Below, piece after piece: positions 20,546 through 28,532 of a DNA stretch of 28,532 nucleotides (position 1 is the first letter of the stretch; every line of letters starts with the position of its first letter). The stretch covers positions 23,034,297 through 23,062,828 of the forward strand of contig NC_057718.1 in NCBI RefSeq assembly GCF_004010195.1, given 5' to 3'. The notes below the pieces were generated by a model. It saw nothing but the letters and a program-made list of their open reading frames with translations, was not told the origin of the DNA and searched no databases. This DNA comes from Chiloscyllium plagiosum (lineage: Eukaryota). Both the position numbers and the translations under genes were made by a program.

Positions 20546-22696
20546 CCGCCCAGTATTGATAGCCCATCCCTATTTGCCCTTGAGAAGGTTGTGGTGAGAT
20601 GCCTTCTTGAATCGCTGCAGTCCGCTTGCTGTGGGTTGACCCACAATGCCGGTAGGGAGGGAATTCCAGGATTTTGACCCAAGGACTGTGAAGGAATGGT
20701 GTTATATTTCCAAGTCAGGGTGTTATGTGGCTTGGAGGGGAATTTGCAGGTGGTGGTGTTCCCAAGTACCTGCTGCAGTTCAGCAGCAGAGAGAATTTTA
20801 AAAAATCAATTGAAAACTCAGAGAGAGTAGCTGCTAAGAAACACTCACTGCAGCATGCAAACCTGTTGAAACTCTAATAGCAATTGATTCTGAATCTCAA
20901 AACTAAAAAAACTAAAAACTAGAAATCCTGTCTGAGAGAGCTGGCCACAGCCATCAGGCTACTTCTATTGTTCCAATTTTTAAAAAATACCACGGCCTCA
21001 CAAGCTGTTTATGTTACCACAGACTACTCACCATCTCTCGTTCAATCTCTCTCTTAAAATAAACCAGGACAAAATACACCTCTTAAAGCCACAGCATTGT
21101 CACAGATTCACATTGGTAAGTATCGCTCTGTCGGTGATAATATGTTTTGAACCAGGTTAAACTTCCCATAGTTTAAAGCAAACCAAGATTTGCTGTCTGC
21201 ACTTGAACGTTAAGGTTACTCAGGCAAGATACTGGGGTTCCACCGTGAAAGTATATTCCACTAAGGTACGCAATGTACTTTGAAGGTTTATCGAGGAATG
21301 AATTCCTGCTGTTGTGCAAAATCCAGTGGGAAAGGCAATCGTCATTTACTACCTTCAATTTTTTTCTTGAGAACATTCCCTCCTTCGAGATAGCCCACAT
21401 TCTCTTCAGAACAGGAAGAAACTCAAAATAATTTCCTGTATCTGTTCACATACCAGAGATGTTAGCTTACCAATTGTTGTGTGAAAACTGGGAGGGGTGA
21501 ACTTTTACACCAAGTGTAAAAGTGAGACACTGCCATGGGTGTGGATGGCCACTAGTTTAAAATATCATCTGGTTCTAGAGTTGACACCTCTTAAACTCCC
21601 ATGAACCTTTGCCAAACAACCTGCAGTTCCTGCTTGATCACGTGCATCCAGTTGTAAGGTGCTGGTAAATAAAGCATCCATTCTTGGAGAGAAAAGTTGA
21701 AACTGATGATGAATGCGAATACAACAAGTCCTGAAAAAATCTAAATCTGCAGTACATGCTAAAGCATGGTGTTTCTGGGGCTGGTGAAAAGGGGACATCA
21801 TTTAAACTGTAGTGACTTATACATGACAATTTCCAGTATGTCTTTTTAAAAGGAAATCATACAAGTCCATGATATTGCTGTATCTTAAAAAGGTTTGCTG
21901 CTTTTTACAAGGTCAGGGTACATGGAGGTGGGGGTGGATGAGAAGGGGGTGCGGTGGCACTGGATACAACAGGCAATTTAAAATTATATTTCAACAAGAT
22001 GAGCAATGTGATTTACAGGACAATTTATAGACAAAATACTACTATTGCGTAAAAACTGGTGGACATTATAGTCCCTATCCTAACACTAATGATGCATTTG
22101 GACCGGAAACTCATCTACAGTATTAGCTGACTGGAATGTTGAGCTGGGAGATGACATATTGTAGTTTGTTACAGCCAAACCTTTTGAAAAATCCTTTCAA
22201 CATCCAGGAGCTACCCTCAACTTGAATTTTTCCTTGTGAAAGGCTTGGAGCAGCAAATTGTTAAAGGAGTTCCTTCCTCCTGAGCGCTGTATGGTCTCTG
22301 TTGAAGAGATGATGCTTTTGAGGAGATGTGGAGGCATTGGTGGGGGTGGGGACAGACTCTCTTACTCAGTCTGCTCAACAAACTTATGCATCATTATTTG
22401 CTGAGGTCACTCAAGCCTAACGGGAAATTATGACTGAAAAGTAACCGAGCATGAATGCACCAACTTGTTCGCCATATATTTAGTGATACTATCCTATTCT
22501 AGAACCTTCTGTCAACTGGGATCCAACTTTATCTGGAGATTGTCAAGGCAACAGCTTATTGGTGCAGTATCCTCATCATTACTTTCCCTGTTAGTGCTGG
22601 AGGTTGGAACAGTTGGGTATGAATGAATTGGCTGACTCCCTTTTTTTAGTTACTGTTCAAACCAAATCATAAAGAATTCAACAATGTACAGCAGGA

Positions 22697-22910
22697 CAAA
22701 GTGAGGACTGCAGATGCTGGAGATCAGAGCTGAAAAATGTGTTGCTGGAAAAGCGCAGCAGGTCAGGCAGCATCAAAGGAGTAGGAGAATCGACGTTTCG
22801 GGCATAAGCCCTTCTTCAGGGATTCCTGAAGAAGGGCTTATGCCTGGAACGTTGATTCTCCTGCTCCTTTGATGCTGCCTGACCTACTTCGCTTTTCCAG
22901 CAACACATTT
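22697..22910 (-). mobile_element. PLE hammerhead palindromic mini-insertion
   Basis: TSD ttcaacaatgta(ca/tg)gcagga at 22677-22696 and 22911-22930. 90-bp arms at 22731-22820 and 22825-22914 with about 6 mismatches. Confidence 0.95.
22792..22819 (-). ncRNA. Minimal type I hammerhead ribozyme core (PLE-associated)
   Basis: Minus strand reads CTGAAGA-A-GGGC-TTAT-GCCC-GAAAC-GTC. The plus twin at 22826-22853 is degenerate (GCCT-GGAAC-GTT). Confidence 0.8.
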
Positions 22911-24077
22911 TTCAACAATGTATGGCAGGAAATGTTTACAGTATGATTGTCAGAAGATCATTTTGCATACGACTAAGTTCTTTACCTACTACTCAAATAA
23001 GTTTCTTGAGGTCCTGAGATCAAAGACACTTTATTAAACCTGCTGTACATGTAATAACACTTAATTGAGCATTTTAACAACTGCACCTACAAAGATACTT
23101 GATGATGACTTGCTTAGGCACTTAAATGTTACAGTTCTGAGCTCAGTTTCTTAGACCGTCATATATTCAAATAGTTGTTAGAAATTGTGTTTTCTTAAAC
23201 TTTTCTCTCAATCCTTCCACCCGACAATTCTGAATTACATGATTGTACAAATTACATCTCCATATAAGGAGAGTTTAATTGAATTTCTTCCTTATCAATT
23301 ACTTCAGTTAATCGCTGGCTCCCTTACTTGCCAAGCTCTTTCTCCTCAGGCTTATAAGATCAGTATAAGCATTGTTATCATTACTTCCACTCTTGTCACA
23401 TATAATTGCTATTTCACCAAGTGGAATCTTTCATTGTGGGTCTGTGTCTGATTCCGTACAATGGAGAACCAAGTAATCTTCTGATTCTACAGAAGGCACA
23501 ATTGAAAGGGATGATACTTACTACATTTTGCAGGATTAGCTTGCCCTAAAAATAATTCAAATGATTGTAGAATCTGGAAGTTTAAAAAATGATATGCAGC
23601 GGCACCTCCCTGATCTTGAATCTTCAATATTCAAGTGAAAGCTGTCTCTTGAAACTGAACATTGTCTTGGTTCAATAGTGTTGCTGTCATTACTTTGACT
23701 TGATTTGGACTTCACTGCTTAATAAACAAAAGCTGAAGGTGAATGACATTCATCATTTGGGGAATTTGATGAGGTTCCTGCTGTTATGTAGGGGCTGCTA
23801 ACATTGATCTGAGCACAGAAGATTCTGCTGTCAGTGGGACAGGATACCACAGAGAACCGAATCTTTTTTTGGGTGAGCTGCTGGTTCAGGATTTCCTCTG
23901 ATTGCAGTCTTTCTCTGCCTCTGAAATGCACTTACTTCTGAAGGAGCCAATAGAACTTTATATTTGGGAGCTTTTATAACCTAAGCTGAACAGAGAAGAC
24001 TTGCTTCGGTAAGCAAGTGTCAGGTAATCTGGCTACACGTCCAGTTCCAACTCAGCAGTGACTGACTCAATACAGTT

Positions 24078-24190
24078 TGAACTGAATTGAGTTGAATTAG
24101 ATTTATTGTTACATATACCCTCATTGAGTACAGTGAAATGTTTACGAGGCACCATTTACAGCACCATCTTAGATCCAGATTCCTAGGCCC
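24078..24190 (-). mobile_element. Possible L2-type LINE/SINE 3' tail
   Basis: Pentamer-like repeats tgaac-tgaat-tgagt-tgaat followed by 'tttattgttacat...gagtacagtgaaa', a typical antisense L2 end. Confidence 0.4.
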
Positions 24191-24200
24191 AGATTCTTTG

Positions 24201-24545
24201 GTAAAAACAATGACTGCAGATGCTGGAAACCAGATTCTGGATTAGTGGTGCTGGAAGAGCACAGCAGTTCAGACAGCATCCGAGGAGCAGCACTGTCCCC
24301 ATGACTTGTCCTACCTGCCTATCTTCTTTTCCACCTATCCACTCCACCCTCCTCCTTGACCTATCACCTTCATCCCCTCTCCCACTCACCTATTGTACTC
24401 TATGCTACTTTCTCCCCACCCCCATCCTCCTCTAGCTTATCTCTCCACCCTTCAGGCTCTCTGATGAAGGGCTTTTGCCCGAAACGTCGATTTTACTGCT
24501 CCTCGGATGCTGCCTGAACTGCTGTGCTCTTCCAGCACCATTAAT
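24201..24545 (+). mobile_element. PLE 3' UTR with hammerhead and inverted terminal arm
   Basis: Exact 12-bp TSD ccagattctttg at 24189-24200 and 24546-24557. 55-bp inverted repeats at 24236-24290 and 24496-24550 (2 mismatches) enclose a pyrimidine-rich UTR and the ribozyme core. Confidence 0.93.
24461..24488 (+). ncRNA. Minimal type I hammerhead ribozyme core (PLE-associated)
   Basis: CTGATGA-A-GGGC-TTTT-GCCC-GAAAC-GTC. Canonical CUGAUGA core; predicted cleavage after C24488. Confidence 0.82.
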
Positions 24546-24607
24546 CCAGATTCTTTGATGCACGATTTACCAGTTTCTGTACTGAAGCATGCAAACAGCT
24601 CCACGGA

Positions 24608-24936
24608 GATTAGATCACTTACAGTGTGGAATCAGGCCCTTCGGCCCAACAAGTCCACGCTGACCCGCCCAACAAGTCCACGCTGACCCGCCGAAGCACA
24701 ACCCACCCAGACCCATTCCCCTACATTTACCCACTCACTTAACACTATAGGCAATTTAGCATGACCAATTCACCTAACCTGCATAGTTTTGGACTGTGGG
24801 AGGAAACCGGAGTACCCGGAAGAAACCCACGCAGACATGTGCAAACTCCACACAGAGAGTCGCCTGAGGTGGGAAATAAACCGGGGTCTCTAGCGCTGTG
24901 AGGCAGCAGTGCTAACCACTGTGCTACCGTGCTGCC
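24608..24936 (-). mobile_element. Full-length HE1-like V-SINE
   Basis: Minus strand starts ggcagcacggtagcacagtggttagcactgctgcctcacagcgc (tRNA-like head, A box), followed by the V-domain and a tail ending 'cactgtaagtgatctaatc'. 23-bp tandem duplication at 24644-24689. Confidence 0.93.
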
Positions 24937-27719
24937 TATATAAGTGAAAGTTGGGTGACAGTGGGTATCAGCGCAGGACAGGCCATTCCAAGGGATATGC
25001 CAGAATTCCAGTGAGAGATGTTGTGTTTCTCATAATCTCCTGATGGTCAATAATGCTACAAGCATAATAAAACATTGCAATACAGTGTAAAGACAAATCA
25101 CATTATCGGATCTCAGGACAACCTGAAGTGAGACTCAAGAACAGATAAAAAAGACAGAATGGGTTATACATGACAGTCTTTGCTTTTAACTTTAATCAAT
25201 GCAACTTAATAAGCCCATGGAGAAAACTGGAGCTAGTTTTGGTGTCAGTGCAATTCCATTTTTAACAAGTAGCTCATGTAGAAGGTCACAGTTCTGAAAG
25301 GGTTAATTTTGTGTTGCATTGCCTAAATCCATTCTACCAATGTGACAGTCTGGAGAAAAGTGCGGAACCTTCCCAAAAACTGAATGACATGGGCATTGTG
25401 GAGAAAACTGGGAAAATTGCACGAGGCAACCAGTCAAAAGTCTTGGACAGCAAGGTGAGATTCTCACTCGTGAGTAGTGAGAGTCTTACTTGTGCGCATG
25501 AGTGTACAGCAACATCTCAATATTACCTAATCTCACCTCATTTAGATTCTCTCACCCTCTGAATTGAAACAAGATGCCAATTCCTGAAATGAAAGTCAGG
25601 GCCGGTGACTTCAACTTGACATTTGCACCTTTTGATCTCCATTTTGGATGCCAGACACCAACATCTCAGGGCACACTCCATGGACAGCAACTGCATGCAC
25701 CCACCGTCAACAATGTTCACTTCTAATACACAGCAGCCTCACCTCACCCTCAGGGCAAACTCTGGTCCACTCACAGTGCAAGTCTACACTTTGATGCTAC
25801 ACTTTGGAATGTGGTGGCAGCTTTCATTGCACCTCTATTCCCACTTGATACACTGGGACAGGCACCCATCTCATCGATGTAACCTGGAGCATGTCAAGGT
25901 TCTTGCTTGATCTCTTGGTGCTCACTCACTCTGTGTCTACTCGGAATGTCACAGTATCTCTGCATTGCCTTGCTTTGCCTTTTTGCACATGTATCCCTCA
26001 GTCTGAGCCTAAATACTCATAGTACCTGTGCCGTGCCTTGCTGACACACAGCTGGGCATCTTGTCATGGCTGTTAGCAGTGATCTGTCAACAGAATGGAC
26101 ATGTTGCTTTCCAACACCATGCTATTTCAATCTCACACCTACAGCTTGTGCCAGCTGTGAACATGCCACACACACAGCATGTGCTTCAACCAGATGACCA
26201 TTTCCTCAAGTCTAAGGGGTGTAATCCTCAGTCAAAAAAAGGGAGACACTCCTCAGTCAAGGGTCCAGGCACTGTAACTGAAAGCAGCCTCTGATATTTA
26301 GTCTTGGGGCTTGGGGATGGTCAGATAGACATTTGGGTCATTGGGGTCAGGTGGTATATACCTCCACAGTTCAAGGAGTGGGCCATTATTGGCCTGGTGC
26401 ATCCAGTGCAACCATTCTGGGGAGTCATGGGAAATCATTTGGGGAGCTGAACTAAGAACAGTCCAGTGTCTTGTCAGGGCTTTGGCGGTGATGTCCTGTA
26501 CCTACTCCAAAAGCTCTGATTGCTGTGGAGGGAACAAAAGATGAACTTTGTCTCAATTATTTCTTTTTATAATTCCTTAATTAAAATGGTGCTGAATTAC
26601 GTCTAATGATTCACATCTCACTGTGTTTTCATAAATACAGGTGACAGTGAGTTGCTCCTCTATTCTATTCAGTGATCAGTCAGGGGTGTCCAGCCAAGAT
26701 CAGTTACAGTGGTGGTCAATGACCAGCACAGCTGGGGATCCATCCCTTGAAAGTCAACTGAGAGGTTATTAGGGGTCACTGTTGGGGAAGGGAAATTGGA
26801 CACTTCATTATGGGGATTGGAAACAGCAATATGGAGGGGCTAATAATTGTGAAGAGAGACAATTCAATATGTAAGGTAGGGTTGTATGGGGAAGATAATA
26901 GAGTATTGTAAGGGTTATGCAGAAAGGGGTGTCAGGCTTCTGGCACTTGACTCCATAATGCCTCAGGTCATAGGGGCTAAAGTGGAGAGATGAAGGATTA
27001 GACAGACAGCTTAGTGTGGGACTGAGGGGCAGGTCGAAGCTGGTAGGGAGGGTCAGCAGGAAAGGAGCATATACATTCAACGGTTCACTGAGGGAGAGAG
27101 GCTGAGTTGGATACTCACTGTATGAAGTGATTTTCCAGCCATCCTCCTGGAAATACCAAGTGCCCTTGGAGTTGCAACAGGTTAAAAGATAAAAGAGTAT
27201 GTGCACAGAAGATAAGTAATTAGTTCTTTATCCAACAATTGTCAGCCCTCATTAATGTAACAGAATATTTGTTCACAATTAGATATTAATTATTCTGAGA
27301 TCACCAATTTGTTATTCATTTGACCAACTCCCAGCTCAAGCACAGAATGATTGAGCCAAACCTGGACTATGCTGAAAATATACTTTTCATCCTTAGAAAC
27401 AATTTGGTTTGATTGACCGAACAGAATAAATCAAAACTCAGATTTATAATCTGTGAATAGTTTCTGTAACCTGAGAAAGAAAGGCTAATTCTACTGACAT
27501 CCATGCAGAAGAAACGGATCAATGAGGCAGTCATTAATATGGCTTAGAACTAAGCACAAATCCCGAAGGTACTCTGGACTCATTTCTGTTGCTTTGCTGT
27601 TATAGGATGATTATTGAGGCACATTGCAAAGGGAAAGCATTTTTTTTCATCTGAATTGGTGCTAACAATAACTTGTCATATATTGTACTTCAACAATGAA
27701 TGAACAAACATAGTATGTC

Positions 27720-27852
27720 AGAACCAAAAGAACTGCCGATGCTGTAAATCAGAAACCAAAACAGAAATTGCTGGAAAAGCTCAGCAGGTCAGGCAGCATC
27801 TGTGGAGAGAAATCAGAGCTAAAGTTTTGGATCGAGTGACTCTTTCTCAGAA
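27720..27852 (-). mobile_element. Old solitary PLE terminal repeat with degenerate hammerhead
   Basis: Minus strand 27850-27821 reads CTGAGAA-A-GAGTC-ACTC-GATCC-AAAAC-TTT, followed by 'ctctgatttctctccacagatgctgcctgacctgctgagcttttccagcaatttctg'. Confidence 0.85.
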
Positions 27853-27951
27853 ACGTTGTTCAGCCAAAATCAGCCATTTTCCAGTGGCTGATATGAAAAG
27901 TGTTTTTAACCAGAAAAATACTTAAACACTTTACCAACTTAAATAAAAGTA

Positions 27952-28532
27952 TCACAGAGTCATAGAGTCATAGAGATGTACAGCATGGAAACAGACCCTT
28001 TAAGCCAACCTGTCCACGCCGACCAGATATCCCAACCCAATCTAGTTCCACCAGGCAGCACCCAGCCCATATCCCTCCAAACCCTTCCAATTCATATACC
28101 CATCCAAATGCCTTTTAAATGTTGCAATTGTACTAGCCTCCACGACATCCTCTGGCAACTCATTCCATACACGTACCACCCTCTGCGTGAAAAAGTTGCC
28201 CCTTAGGTCTCTTTTATATCATTCTCCTCTCACCCTAAACCTATGCCCTCTAGTTCTGGACTCCCCGACCCCAGGGAAAAGACTTTGCCTATTTATCCTA
28301 TCCATGCCCCTCATAATTTTGTAAACCTCTATAAGGTCACCCCTCAGCCTCCGACGCTCCAGGGAAAACAGCCCCAGCCTGTTCAGCCTCTCCCTGTAGC
28401 TCAGATCCTCCAATCCTGGCAACATCCTTGTAAATCTTTTCTGAACCCTTTCAAGTTTCACAACGTCTTCTGATAGGAAGGAGACCAGAATTGCACACAA
28501 TATTCCAACAGTGGCCTAACCAATGTCCTGTA
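27952..28532 (-). mobile_element. Relatively young CR1 LINE 3' end (runs off the window)
   Basis: ORF 28219-28500 (LERVQKRFTRMLPGLEDLSYRERLNRLGLFSLERRRLRGDLIEVYKIMRG...RTRGH). 8-bp tail repeats (catagagt)n. Confidence 0.95.

Larger units (their letters stand above)
20273..20776 (-). mobile_element. 3' fragment of the second LINE family, interrupted by a PLE palindrome
   Basis: The reverse complement aligns by eye with 9590-9810 (cctgacttggaaatata; ggactgcagcgattcaagaaggca; caccttctc; tagggatg). Confidence 0.85.
19801..21104 (-). mobile_element. Probable solo LTR carrying nested insertions
   Basis: Starts TGT and ends ACA. Flanks gatc (19797-19800) / gatt (21105-21108) resemble a 4-bp TSD with one change. 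AATAAA on minus at 19935-19940. About 650 bp after removing the inserts. Confidence 0.5.

Noticed and set aside
20209..20682. Two opposite-strand ORFs with identical C-termini (MCCWKSAAGQAASREQENRRFGH)
   Set aside because: A by-product of the palindrome, translated from the antisense of the PLE tail.
21171..21212. Possible terminal exon FKANQDLLSALER* after 'cttcccatag'
   Set aside because: Weak acceptor, unrecognised peptide and no supporting upstream exon.
17914..22914. Recurring palindromic repeats as a CRISPR array, REP elements, terminators or DNA-transposon MITEs
   Set aside because: Vertebrate context with dispersed copies and no regular spacers. Arms are unequal, TSDs are variable (12-20 bp), and the same tail is attached to PLE coding sequence at 5051-5818.
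24860..24936. tRNA-like sequence (also 10519-10575)
   Set aside because: These are SINE heads followed by V-domains, with no complete cloverleaf.
25600..27200. Strand-asymmetric region with several 60-130 aa ORFs, possibly an old DNA transposon
   Set aside because: No transposase motif, terminal repeat or TSD could be identified by eye.

Overview
Repeat-dense vertebrate intronic or intergenic DNA. The repeat content (HE1/V-SINEs, shark-type CR1 LINEs, a DeuSINE and Neptune-type Penelope elements) points to a cartilaginous fish, probably a shark; this is an inference from recalled repeat families. No host gene is recognisable, and the supplied ORFs are retroelement fragments, antisense shadows or noise. 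The window holds several decayed and nested CR1 LINEs, including one near-full-length copy at about 13659-18153. It also has two copies of a second LINE family, an RTE-like remnant, SINEs, a probable solo LTR and a TA-flanked MITE. The most striking signal is ten short insertions derived from Penelope-like element (PLE) terminal repeats. Nine carry a complete, truncated or degenerate minimal type I hammerhead ribozyme core (CUGANGA-A-stem II-GAAAC-GUC), intact in four places. Seven have an inverted or fold-back structure flanked by 12-20 bp target-site duplications (TSDs). Their ends and inversion points recur at fixed positions relative to the ribozyme, and they share a second, apparently conserved RNA structure downstream of it. 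All family assignments come from visual motif recognition; no database search was run.
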